A stretch of 64,000 nt of DNA. Source: Takakia lepidozioides. Its lineage: Eukaryota > Plantae > Bryophyta. The notes beneath the pieces were generated by a model, which was not told the DNA's origin, made no database searches, and saw only the letters and a program-made list of their open reading frames with translations. The DNA is taken from contig CM060734.1 in the NCBI GenBank assembly GCA_030704615.1, positions 35,278,001-35,342,000 on the forward strand, written 5' to 3'. Position 1 is the first letter of the stretch. Each line of letters starts with the position of its first letter. Position numbers and translations under genes: made by a program. Positions 1 through 12,677 of this stretch are shown here, one piece after another.

Positions 1-1832
1 ATGTGGGTTATTCTGTAGTGCCCTATTTGGTGTGCGGTGCCGCACAACATTTGTCTGTTCCTCTGAAATTAGACGAGTCCATTAGAAGACTCTGTAGTGG
101 AAGAGGCTTACCTGACCTTCCTATCCAAAACAACCCTATTTGTGATCCTCAGTTTGAACCAACTCAACAAACAACAAATAGAAAATTCATTTATAAGAGA
201 AGTCAATCCAAGAACAAACACAAAAGGGTCAATGGAGTACTGATGATACTCTCGAAGAAGCAATGGATGTAGTGGAATTTGACGGCATCAGCATGAGAAC
301 ACTCATCATGGACACATTTCAGTAAATTCAGCCTCTACCTAAAAACTCTAACGGACAATATCCCCCATTATGCATCTGCCTATACCACATTATACAAATT
401 AAATGCACATCGCACAACCTCTTTCAATTAACCTATGGTTGCACTGCTCGAGCAAAAGGCCAATCTGACAACCTATTTCAGTAGATGTGGAAGGGGGAAA
501 TCTATATTTATAAAGTTTATACCAGTCCAACACTCATTCAGACATCCCTAACTACATGATCCCATTGAAAATCCTATCCACCATCTTGTATCCTCGTTAT
601 CTGCGTCAGTCACAGTAGTTCTTGGTCGATTCAATATCATGTCCACGAAATAAAAAATTGGGCTTATATGTTCCAAGAGGTGGAGAGAACCAGCCAAATG
701 GCTATTACTCATAACTGCGTTAGCTTTTGTCATTTCGACGGTAGTTGTAATATTTTAGAATCTTAAAATATTAATGGAGAATAAGTAGGAATTTCACATC
801 AACTACTTGTGCACATTGAGAAGAGAAACTGGTTTGCATTTAGACACAACCAACCCATATCTTAGTGTTTTTTCAGAAAACTATAATCTATAATTAGTTG
901 GAAGCGCAAGAGCTTAGAGTAGAATAAATTGGATCTTTCCATCCACATCACCTACATGCCAAGGCAAAAAATACTAGGGGAAAGGCATGGAGCAGCATTG
1001 TACACAACAAAATCAAATATGGTATCCAGAGTGACTTATCAGATTACAATCCTTTTGAATGCACCTTAAGAAGATGATTGATTGATGAGTCCTCTTTGTC
1101 ATGAAAAGGACATCAATGAGCTCAATATCTTAAACTTTGAAATGAAAAGACACTGAGGCACATGTAGTGCATGGAATGTGGTGGTTGTTCTCGAACACCC
1201 AAGACCCAAGACCATTCACGCGTGAAGTTTGAAGTTTGTAACCCTACTGACAGGTGCCCATGTGTCCACACCTATTGTGGCAAGAAGTGGTTGCTTATTT
1301 TCCCTAAAATAAGCTTTACATATGTGCAAGACCACTCTGGACACTATTTGCAGCAAGTTTTTGAACGGTCTAGAATTGAAATCATGTTGTGACTTATCAC
1401 ACCCAGCATTAGCCTACTGTATATCAAGTAGAAATAATAAGATTATGTGGGTTATTGGTGGTGGTTACATTATGGACCTTATTGGCACTTGTTTGGACCC
1501 CCTCTCGTTTAGATAGATATAACATAACCTAAACTTGTCTAAATGTGATTTTTTACAGTCGTTTTAAAACCTAATTTGCCAACTTTAAAATAAAATTTGA
1601 ACGAATGAAATCCATTAAGAACTTCATCCTATAGGGATGAAAACTTCCATAAGTGTATGGTCATAGGCCAACCTACCCTAGTGTCAAATGAAGATTGAAT
1701 GAATAATTCATAGTCATTGAATGGTTTACAAAATTGTTCAAACGATTTAACATGCTTTGGAAGTCTTTTGACACTACTAGGTTAGACACAACACTTCTTT
1801 CTGCCTAGGTTATTTTTTCCTCGTATGCTTTC

Positions 1833-2555
1833 TGTCGCGCACCTCACTTCGGTAAGCACCCCTTCAAGTCATAGTTACTCGCTTTGATGCGCGCGCCTGA
1901 CTCCCAACCTGGCCGCCGGGCCAACTCGGAGCTTCGACTGCTCACCGGGACATAACGGTCCACCTTCGCTCTCCCGAAAGACCCTCCACCTATTTGGGCC
2001 TAGTGGAATTCCCTTTGGTAGATGGCAGTCCGGAACAGTTCCCCACTCTTTGGTCGCTTTCCGGTTCGCTCGGTTACTCACTAGTTTTTGGTCACCAACG
2101 GGCTTGCACCGTTCTCGGGGTTACTACTCCCCTTATATATACTTCTGTAGCTGTCCGCGGGGGTTTCACAACCAGCCATGCCATTTTATGGTGAACCACC
2201 ACGAAGACCCTCGACTCCCGGTGGTGAGTCGTGGGGAGTCTTGGGACTCATCACGGCCCCATTGGGCCGTGATGAGTCCCAAGACTCCCCACGACTCCCA
2301 CCACGAGGTCTCCACCCCATGGTGAGTCCTATGCCACCCCCACTAAGTCCCGCTAAGCTACCACCACCCCTTGTGGAGCCACCCCCACCGCAACCCGGTG
2401 TGCGGGCTCCACCTAGTGAGCGCCTCCGCTTCCCTGAGTGCCTTGGGCACTCAAGGGTGCTTCAGCCCCCATACCTATCGCTGCCGCTGCCCCCACCACA
2501 GGGGCAGCCCCTCATGTGTCCCGACCCCCTGCCCTTAAGGCAAAGGGCCGCGACA
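1833..2555 (-). repeat. 3' LTR of element 1833-6084
   Basis: Near-identical to 5358-6084; preceded on the minus strand by a purine-rich tract (GGTAGGGGTGTG). Confidence 0.95.
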
Positions 2556-3232
2556 CACACCCCTACCAACAGGGAGTTGATGTCCTCATCGACTTGTCCA
2601 TTTTGTAGAAACGAACATCCAAGTTGTGGCGTCCCACATCAAGGAGTTTGTTTCCGCACCATGGCGTCCCATGGCAAAGAACCAAACCCCACACTTGACT
2701 CTACTCTCCACTAGCTAGTTCGACCGACTTCCTCCAAGTCCCGGCCAAGGGTGGAGCCTCTCCAACTCCTCCCAGTGCATCTTCTTGGCCTACTTCAAGG
2801 CCAAGGAACGATCCTCCCCGATGATCGAATCGCCTTACTGCAACAAGATTGCTCGCGACCGCTCGTGATGCCGCTTTGGGCATCACCTTGAGCAAGGGTT
2901 CACCTTGAACCCTCTTTGACTAGGAAGATAACCTTGAACCAACCGTGCGCCCCAATCACTACAATTGGGTCCGCCTTGGAATGTTGGCCTGAGGTACGGG
3001 AACACGTCGAAGCCGCACTACGACTTCGTCCCGAGGCTACACGATTATAGTACGTGAACGGAAGCACGTAGCTTCCGCGTTAGCCCGCACTACAAGGCAA
3101 CCACCTCGGTAGCGCAGTTATAGTACGCGCACGCGCCAGGTGCGCACTAGCACGTGAACTCCCAAAGAAGGCGCATGTTTCCTTGCCCCTTGGATGGGAG
3201 TCACCCGATTTCGGCACTGCGCAAACACACGA

Positions 3233-5302
3233 TTAACCCAATTTACCTCTCCCACTTTTGTACCGGTTTTTAATAGTCACCTTATTCAGAGCCCTGTAAT
3301 CGACACACATCCGCAACGTCCCATCCTTCTTGTCTGCGAATAGCACCGGGGCTCCGTAAGGTGACTTACTCGGTCGGATGTACCCCTTTGACATTAGATC
3401 CTTGAGTTGAGTCTTCAGCTTGACCAACTTTCTGTGGCTCAACCGGTAGGGCGCCTTGGCAGGCAGTTCCGATCCCGGTATCACCTCAATCTTGTGGTCA
3501 ACTCCTCTTCGCGGTGGCAAGCTACTTGGTAAATCCTCCGGCATCACATCCTGGTATTTCTCCAAAATCCCCTTGATCCAATCTGGGCTCGGCTCCCCAT
3601 CGCCTTCTCCCTTCAGTTCTCTAATGTAAAGCAAAAACTGGGGCTCGTGTGCCTCCTCCATGGCCCACTCCCTTGCTGACAGAAGGTTTATTCGCCCTCC
3701 CACGGATTTGGGCGTTTCCGACACTCGTAAGACCTCGCCACCATTCCAACATGGCAGCGTGACTACTCTCTTGCGGCCATCTATGACCGCCCCGGATTTG
3801 CTCAAAAAGGTCATCCCCAAAATGAGATCCACTCCATCGATCTCGCAGATGGTGAAGTTCTCACGTTCCTGCCAACTCCCCAGTTGAAGAGGAACATCGA
3901 ACACCAACCTTGTCGCCAGCTGTGGTTCTCCTTTGGCAGAACGCACCTCAATAGAGGCTCCTACGTCACTTGTCGGGAGTCCCAGCTTTTGTGCTGTTGC
4001 TGGTGTCATGAAGGAGTGCGACGCTCCTATGTCCACCAACAATGATATGTTAGTTCCGGATATTATCCCATCCACGAACAGTAACTGACTCCCTTTACGT
4101 AAGGCGCCAGTTTCCTGATACAACTCACAAGAAAATTTGCCTACCTTGCAAGTCCTGGCGACCACCGCTTCCACCAAGCGACTGATGGTATCTTCCGACA
4201 GCTCTGTGGTCGCCCGAGTCATATTCAATTGCCGGGGCTTCGTGCACTTCTTGGCCATGTGCCCGGACTCCCCGCAATTGAAACACACTCCATCAAAGGT
4301 CGTCTTCTGTCCGCCATAGGCCGCTCCACCCGCTTTTCCTTTCGAAGCGCCGGGTGCCGCCTTGACTTGTGAAGGTCCTCCCTTCGATTTCCACGTGCCA
4401 TTGTCGCCGCGTGGCCTATCCCACTTCTTTTCCGGTCGGAAGGAGTCACCTTCCCGCCGGATCTTCTTGTGGTTCAGCTCCGTACGGCCTTGTCTTTCAC
4501 CCCTAGGGACATCTGAGAAACATTCAGCCTCAATAGCCTCGTTCAAAGTCTTGGGTGGCTTCTCCTCCAACTTCCGCCTGGCCCATAGGGCCAGTCCCGC
4601 CACAAAGTTGAAGACCATTTCTGGTTCTGCCATGTCCGCGACTTCGAGCAACAGCACATTGAAAGCCTGGACATATCCCCGAATGTCATTTGTTTGCTTC
4701 AAATTCCTCATCTTGTCCCGGGCGAGCCAGGACGCGTTGAGGGGCACAAACTGTCTCTTCATCAATTCCTTGAACCCACTCCAGCTCAAGGTTTCCGGGC
4801 TTGGACCTCGGTCGTGAAGACGTTTCTGCCACCATTGTTGAGCATAGCCCCTCAAATAGGTGGGAGCCACTTCCACCCGATCCTCGTCACTCAACTTGGC
4901 CGCCCGGAAGTACTGCTCTAGCTCCAGGAGCCAGGTGTTGAGTGCCTTCCGATTTCGGACGCCCTCGAAGGTGCCGGGTTCCTTAGGCTTCACCTTAAAC
5001 TTCGCCTTAGTGGAAGTGGCATTAGCCGCCTACAACACGTCTTTCAACGTCCCGCCAAACTGCGCCAACAACCCTTCCCAAAAGGCTGCCGGCATGGGAG
5101 GCATCTGTTGGTTTGTCGGAGCTCTCAAGGATTCCTCAGGCTCCGACTCCTCAGATTCCTCCCGCTCTTGGGCGGCCTCGTTTTCAGAAACCTGCATCGC
5201 TTCCTCAAACGGCCGCCTCGGTGACACGTCGCCCCCATCGGGCTCACCCGAATCATCATCTTTTGGGCCGTTCCGCTTTCGCTTTGGCTTACCCGACCCC
5301 AT
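3233..5302 (-). pseudogene. gag-protease-partial RT polyprotein, disrupted
   Basis: Gag with CCHC knuckle ([14 protein letters not shown]), protease [10 protein letters not shown] start (SPYGAPVLF...[17 protein letters not shown]) then abrupt end; in-frame TAG at 5030-5032 between two same-frame ORFs. Confidence 0.9.
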
Positions 5303-5343
5303 GATGAGGCCAATCCCGAGGACGATCGCGTACTTAACTCTAA

Positions 5344-5355
5344 GCTCTGATACCA
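5344..5355 (-). other. Primer binding site complementary to initiator tRNA-Met
   Basis: TGGTATCAGAGC on the minus strand, 2 nt after the 5' LTR. Confidence 0.92.
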
Positions 5356-5357
5356 AA

Positions 5358-6084
5358 TGTCGCGCACCTCACTTCGGTAAGCACCCCTTCAAGTCATAGT
5401 TACTCGCTTTTATGCGCGCGCCTGACTCCCAACCTGGCCGCCGGGCCAACTCGGAGCTTCGACTGCTCACCGGGACATAACGGTCCCTCTTCGCTCTCCC
5501 GAAAGACCCTCCACCTTTTTGGGCCTAGTGGAATTCCCTTTGGTAGATGGCAGTCCGGAACAGTTCCCCACTCTTTGGTCGCTTTCCGGCTCGCTCGCTT
5601 ACTCACTAGTTTTTGGTCACCAACGGGCTTGCACCGTTCTCGGGGTTACTACTCCCCTTATATATACTTCTGTAGCTGTCCGCGGGGGTTTCACAACCAG
5701 CCATGCCATTTGATGGTGAACCACCACGAAGACCCTCGACTCCTGGTGGTGAGTCACGGTGAGTCTTGGCCCACTCACCACGGCCCCATTGGGCCGTGAT
5801 GAGTCCCAAGACTCCCCACGACTCCCACCACGAGGTCTCCACCCCATGGTGAGTCCTATGCCACCCCCACTAAGTCCCGCTAAGCTACCACCACCCCTTG
5901 TGGAGCCACCCCCACCGCAACCCGGTGTGCGGGGCTCCACCTAGTGAGCGTCTCCGCTTCCCTGAGTGCCTTGGGCACTCAAGGGTGCTTCAGCCCCCCA
6001 TACCTATCGCTGCCGCTGCCCCCACCACAGGGGCAACCCCTCATGTGTCCCGACCCCCTGCCCTCAAGGCAAAGGGCCGCGACA
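5358..6084 (-). repeat. 5' LTR of element 1833-6084
   Basis: TG...CA termini, adjacent PBS, direct repeat of 1833-2555. Confidence 0.95.
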
Positions 6085-6465
6085 CTTTCTCTCTTTTTAA
6101 TGTGAATTATGGGTTCAGTCCCTTTTCCCAATCTCGTGCTTTCTTGCTACTTTGTTTCCATTCGAAGTACACATATTTGCCGAAATGCCTAGAGACTAAA
6201 ACGTCAACTGGATTGTCCCCTCGTATCTATCTGGATGCTAGCATTTGAGTTGGAGCCTGTAGCCATGACCTTTCAAGAAAATGTGCAAGAGAAAGAATAA
6301 CCAAGACGTGTAGAATGAAGAAGTGGGAAAAAATGAATGATCGTATTAGTTCAAACATATTATTGTCATGTATACTACCTATTGTCAATTAAACATGCAC
6401 TTTATCATAAACATGTTTGATTTCAACAGCGAACAGAAAAAGGTGGAAGGCTGGAAGGAAGACAC

Positions 6466-6851
6466 CAGTGTGGTCTGGTATCAGGTTTAGGACATACGAG
6501 ACCTCCTGGTACCAGCCCCATCACAAAACTTTCATACCAGTCCGGTCTATATAATGGTGTATGTATGAGTATCATGACCACAATACCAGCTGGTATGAGA
6601 TATCAATTCTGGTGTCATGCCAAAGCCATTTGAATTACAAGTTTGTGAAATATCAAGTGAAAACAAATACAATAAAAATAAAGTAAATATAAATGAGTAC
6701 ATAAATGAGTAAGACGCGGGGTATTGTGGCTGGTATGAGAAAACGGATACCAGCCTGTGTAGAACTTAAGACCAGGCTGGTCTGGTCCCTGGTACCAGGG
6801 TTGATACCAACGTTGATACTAGGGTCTGATACCCATACCAGACCAACACTG
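6466..6851. mobile_element. hAT-family MITE
   Basis: TIRs CAGTGT(T)GGTCTGGTAT; 8-bp TSD GAAGACAC (6458-6465 and 6852-6859); many ATACC/GGTAT subterminal motifs. Confidence 0.85.
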
Positions 6852-7112
6852 GAAGACACTACTACCATTCAATTCAGTGGCAAAATGCGGTCATAGGTTG
6901 TAAGTAAGCCATACATATAATGTTTTTTCATCAATTGACCACCAAACTGTTCGGGTGTGCGGTAATAGGTCTATGTTCCGTGATAGGCCAACATACCCTA
7001 CTAGTTCCCGGGTCAGGCATAGGCACATCATATACATCAGAAGAAGTCATTGCTGGAATCACCCATTTCAACATTTTGACTCCAAACAGATTTTTCTCCA
7101 TTTCTCGCACTT

Positions 7113-7292
7113 GAGCAGGTAGCCCAGTGGTTGGGTGTTTGTGCCTTGCCTGTGCATAACCTAGGTGATCCTGGGTTCAATCCTTCAAGATGTGCCTTCA
7201 GACCGTCCATTGGGCCCTTGATGGCCTGTGTGTTGAGCAGTAGGCTCTGTAAATTCACTGGACGTTAAAGTAACTTTATCTTTATCTTTATC
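7113..7292 (+). mobile_element. Putative tRNA-derived SINE
   Basis: Pol III A box TAGCCCAGTGG (7120-7130), B box GGTTCAATCC (7174-7183), (TTTATC)3 tail; no TSD found. Confidence 0.55.
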
Positions 7293-9020
7293 CATGTGTG
7301 ATTTGGCCTCTTTCATCCATGACACCAGGCTGATTTCTCAAAGTTATGTTTCCTGTGTGATGATCCACTGCCGTCAAAGTCAAAGATGCAGATTATGGCA
7401 GGCTAAACCGCAGGGAGTTACAGAACTCAAAGAGTACTTGATCCATCCCTGCTGCCATGGAAGCTCTGGAGTGGAGGTATCCCATGTGTGCCACACACAA
7501 ATACCAACACAGTGAAACACACAAGACCATAACGGTCACAGTCTGCGTTATACAAAGTAAGCATCATACTTAGACAACGGTCACTGCACCGCCTCTGTAC
7601 CTCAACCAACACCCATGCTTTGGACCTGTGCTCCTTGCCTTGTTTGGGGAATCTCCAGCCATATGACGGTGACGCTAGGGGTCATAGTGGAATGCGGATT
7701 AGATGGGTTTCTGGTAAGAGGACTGACCGCAGACATGTGACGGCAGCGCAGGTTGCTCTAAAAAAGGGCCTGCCGTTGATCATTCCCTCCAGAATTCAAG
7801 CTGGCACAGTGCACACTGCAATCAATGGCGATGTTAATCTTCAAGAGCCCTTTCCCTCCCATTTCCAGAAAAGTCGGGGAACAATCTGTATTGGCCGAAT
7901 CCTTTCCCTCCCATTTCTAGAAAAGGCCGGGAACAATCTGTATTGGCCGAATCAAAACCCTATTCAGAGAAAGTTTGGCTCCCAGGTAATTTTAGCGAAT
8001 CAAAGTTCGGCATGTCGATGTTGAGGTTGATAGGCTATGGTGTTTTTTTGGAACCAGTTGAAGGTAACTGTTGTGGCTGAACTCAACGTGCCCCACGTTG
8101 TGTGCAGTGAAGCTCTTTATGTCCTCACATTCAGTTGCTGACAAACAAACAAACAAAATTCAGGTCCTGACAAACATTCCTCTGTCCCGGTTCTCTCCAC
8201 ATTCTCGTTAGGCCCAGTTAGGCGTGCCTGCAAGCGCTGTGCGATGCTCCCACGATGCGAAGTACGTGTGCCTCCACTTTACTAGTTACGCTCCCCCACT
8301 TCCAAGATGTGCCGACACAGTTCTCTTCATGTGTGCATGTGAAGTGGGAGAAATATGCGTACTGGAAAGTTACTTTCCCGCCACGTAGTTCAACATTTTT
8401 TTAATGAAATAGTAACAGAGCTGGCAACAGCGCACAAAGCTCAAGCCTAATGGAAAATTGCAGCACAAAGTGTCTGATTATTTTCTGCACGAAACCCATC
8501 TCCTAAACATTGGGATGAGATTTCTCAAGTGTACAAGTGGGCGTCCGGATGGATTGCAATCTTGTCTAAAATTATGACAGGAGAAATGAGGGTAGGTGTA
8601 GCCAAGTGTTGGATACTGTTGAGGTGCAAAGTGCAAAGACAAACTTTGTTCCAGACGATCTCCCGACGCTCAAGTTCATAGGTCGCCATCTGCCGCCTAG
8701 AGCACTTCCCAAGCGTGCGCTTTTGGGAGTGAGATTGTCTGGGCACCTCTGGGAGCTGCAATGTTCACTAGAAACGCTGAGTGATAGTGTTAAGAACTGC
8801 AACAGTCTGGCAACGAGTTTTTCATCGTTAGACTCTGATATACACTTTGGCCGGGAGCTGAGTCTATGGGTTTGTAGGGAGGCTAGCTCAGCAGGAAAGT
8901 ATTGAGAAGAGAGAGCAGACTCGGCTGTGATGGAGGTGTGAGATATTGGATTGCCACAGAGGCGTAAGCCAGGCTAGCTAGTTTCATTCTTACAGTATAA
9001 GGGTCGAGGGTGGGGCTCTA

Positions 9021-10887
9021 ATGGATCGTCGGCAAAGATTCGGTGCGTTAGTGGTTTTGGGGTTATCTGTTCTCTGGGCAATCGCCTGTTCTGCCCAGGT
9101 CGTGAAACCAGAGGAGCTTCCTGATGCATCCTTGCAGACACAACTTTCTTCTTCAGGGATGCACCATTACAGAGTAGAGACTCCTCTTGATGAGCTGAAG
9201 GGACATTCTGGGACCTCGGGCCTATGGGCTGCTCCAGGTCATGGTCATCACCACCAGGGCGGCTACCCATTTTCTGGAAGGAGGTTAGGTGGGAATTACA
9301 TAACGGTGTCTAAAAGGGGCAATGCCAATTTCAACTCGATTCAAAAGGCTGTGGACTCCATTCCTGTGAACAATAACCGCTGGGTTGAAATCTCTATTTC
9401 AGCAGGAGTGTACCGGTGAGCTCACTCATACCTGCTCTGTCTCCTGACTCTCTTCAGCAGACTCGACCATTTTTCTAATGTTAGTGATGAAGAATTCCTC
9501 AAGACTACAGTCACTTTCGAATAATTATTTCCTTCGTCTGTGCAGAGAGAAAGTGACTATCCCGTACAACAAGCCATTTATCGTGTTACAAGGGGCAGGG
9601 AGGTCAGCAACTCTGATCACATGGGATGAGACGGCCAGCCAGGGCGGAACTGCAAACAGTGCCACAGTTGCAGTCTGGGCGCCCAATTTCATTGCCAGAG
9701 GCATTGGCTTCGAGGTAATCTACTGAGACCTTCATCGTTTCTTCAGAGTGGATATTGACGGGATACTTGCTTGAAAGACCTTTGGAACAATCCTTGAAGA
9801 AGTAGAGATTTCTCGTGTGCAAGCAGGGGCTGGGGCTGCACGGCCAATGAAGACTGCCGTTAGGTTTGGAAGAACCCCGGATCTGTTGTACTTTAAAATG
9901 CCTTTAGGGCTTGAGGACAATTTCAATTTGATGTCAGAAGGTGAGGTCATTCTGTTAGCCCACGAACAACAATCTTAATCCTTGTATTTGCGTGCAGAAT
10001 TCAGCACCACCAGCACAACCAGGGGCAGTCAATGGACAGGCAGTGGCAGTGCTGCTTGCTGCCGACAAGGCTGCCATGTATGGATGCGGCCTCTACGGAG
10101 GACAGGATGTTCTATTCGACTATACAGGGCGCCACTATTTCAAAGATTGCTTTCTTCAAGGAACCATAGATATCATTTTTGGGGACGCACAGTCCGTGTT
10201 CAAAGTAAGACAACTATCTTTGGCACCTAAGTAAGAAATTTAATCTGGGGCGTTGTTCCGTCGTGCACACCTACTTTCTTTTGTCAATTACGAATGGATC
10301 TTCAATTGTCGAAGCTCATCTCTGGTGTGCAGAACTGCGAGTTGCATGAGATGGCGGAGGCTTCCTACATTTCCGGATCCCTTACAGCACAGAAGCGATC
10401 GGGCCCGAAAGATAATACTGGGTTTGTGTTTATCAACTGCGTTATCACTGGCACCGGACAGGTCTTCCTGGGACGTGCGTGGGGCCAATATTCGCGCGTG
10501 ATCTACTTGTACACATACATGAACGACATTATCATTCCTGGCGGTTGGCAGGACTGGTCGAACCCCAAAAGAGAAAGGTATTTCTTCTTCCCATAATTTT
10601 TTTGAGTTGCAATTCAGGACTCCTACAGATTTGGGGGAGGGGGAGACGCTACATTTGCGTGCAAATCTGCTACAGTTTGGTGCTTTGAGATTACACGAAT
10701 ACGAGCTTGCAGGCTTATTTTAGGGTGTATATGCAGGACCGTCTACTATGGACAATACAAATGCTCAGGGCCAGGATCTAATCAAGCCAACCGCGTGGCT
10801 TGGTCGCACGAACTGAGCGATCAAGAAGCCCAACAATTCTTACAGCTCAGCTGGATCGACGGACAGTCTTGGCTTCAAGAAGTGTGA
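9021..10887 (+). CDS. Pectin methylesterase without PMEI pro-domain; exons 9021-9415, 9546-9714, 9998-10204, 10333-10577, 10737-10887
   Basis: Signal peptide; motifs SIQKAVD, GVYREKV, QAVAV, QDVLF, GTIDIIFG, LGRAW, YKCSGPG; in-phase GT-AG introns; TATA-like box ~25 nt upstream. Confidence 0.93.
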
Positions 10888-12447
10888 TAGAATCTATGAC
10901 TTCCATTCCTTTCCAAGTTTGTAGCTCTTGCTCATTCCATAGAAGTTTTTAGCATGTAATTTTGATTGATCTGGAGGTAGAGTCAGTAGAGGGGAATCAG
11001 GTGCTCCCGAAAATGCAAAAAAGTGCTCCGGGTTTGCATATCTGTATTCCAAAAGTGCGACCGATTGTTCTTTCAACAGGATCAAAACTGGGTGTTGTAT
11101 CATACAAGGCAGCGTAACCACCATTCCTTGACGTATACCAAAGTGGATATCTTGTCTTTGCAATGAAAGAGAAATACACACCTTCCAAAGCCCACTGCTT
11201 CCTGCATCTTTAGTTCCTGTTACTTTTAAGTGCCATTACAGACAGAGAACGACTTTGATTGAGCTCGCAATTGAGTTCAATCAACAATTGAGACCAACAC
11301 TTGCACAGCAAAGGTACTCCGCACGGCCGATGGAGGTCTTCAATACCCATATTCGAAATTCTCCTCTTCCACTCATGTTTGTCTATTCTTTTCCTTCTTT
11401 TCCACAGAAACGTCATTTTGAGTTGAAGCATGGGAGTTCGTAAAAGAAAGGCAGGAAAACTTTCCGAATCTTATGAGCCTATGGCAAACGGTCATGGTAG
11501 CTAGCCCGCAAAGGAGGTTAAAGTGAGCAAGTTTTATTGTTACACTCGTAGATCCATGCATGTCTATCTCTGGGTATGAGCCAGGCCACTACGAATGCAG
11601 AATGGTGAGTGACAACAAAGCAAAGATGGTCCTCCTCATACAAACCGTGACGAACGGCCCAGTGTAATGGCAGGTGCAGGCCTCTTCAAAGCAGAGTGGA
11701 TTGCGCTTGCCAGCTTCTGTAGAAAACAGTCTGCCCTAGATAAACGTTGAACTACCATACATGTCAAGAAAATTTTACACCCTTGCACACTAGCAAATGT
11801 TAAGTGTTATTTGTTAACAATTGCTTACTCCCCTCTTCATTAGTTCTCCCTCAATAAATGTTAAGTGCACCATAAAGGCTTCACCTAATGAGAGAGATGC
11901 TCCATGATTATAAGTCCAACTACATTATGATAAGATTACATCCTAAAACATAACCAATCAGAAGACCATATAGTCAGCGGGAGGAAATACTAAAGCGAAT
12001 ACATTGATACAACGAGTGTATGTTCAGAATTTCAAGACTTGACATGGAGGTTGTTTTAGAGATACAACCAGTGTGTGTTCAGCATTTCGAGACTTGACAT
12101 GGAGGTTGTTTTTGAGAGACAAGATCACATATGTGGTAGTTGTACCTGTGTCAGATGTTGTGCAAGTAGATTGTGTCTGGATTGTGCCTCCAAGTGCTCC
12201 TATAAGTTAAAGTGCACCATAAATTTAGGGCGATCTAGTCAAACTCTCACAAGTTTAAAGCATCCAATCGTCTTTTAGTGAGAGTAGTTAAAATATTCTT
12301 GAAGTATGCAGTTATAGGTAGGCCCACCCACATATGATTATAGAGATTATGTTGTACTAACGAGTTAGATGCCAGGTGATTAATCAAGTTGGGAAGACAA
12401 TTCAGAGAATAGAATATATTACACTGTATTTCATAGGTGTTAAGTGT

Positions 12448-12638
12448 TATGGGGGCGAGGCGGTGTATCAACATGGGTAAGGCTATCCCAGCAGGGTACC
12501 AGACTCGGGAATTCCAAAAAGGCCTTGATGTGAAATGCATCGCAATTTACTTGATCACCCCCTAAAAGTGCGCAATTCAATTGAATTGCTGACTACAATT
12601 CAATTGAATTGTAATCTATAATTTTTAATTTATTTCTG

Positions 12639-12677
<39 letters not shown>

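Larger units (their letters stand above)
1833..6084 (-). mobile_element. Ty3/gypsy (chromovirus-like) LTR retrotransposon, internally deleted and non-autonomous
   Basis: Two ~725-bp direct repeats with TGTCGCG...CGCGACA termini; 5-bp TSD CTTTC (1828-1832 and 6085-6089); tRNA-Met PBS; gag, protease and start of RT inside. Confidence 0.96.

Noticed and set aside
1-1560. Possible MuDR transposase relic on the minus strand (QPLLATIGVD, PIFYFVDMI)
   Set aside because: Too degraded; only weak motif resemblance and no termini
2178-2714. Pro-rich 178-aa ORF and similar ORFs at 5400-6248
   Set aside because: They lie within GC-rich LTRs and the frames differ between the two LTRs
7113-7190. Functional tRNA gene
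   Set aside because: A and B boxes are present but no convincing cloverleaf or acceptor stem
7848-7953. ~52-bp tandem duplication (and a similar one at ~12005-12115)
   Set aside because: Ordinary local duplications with no further structure
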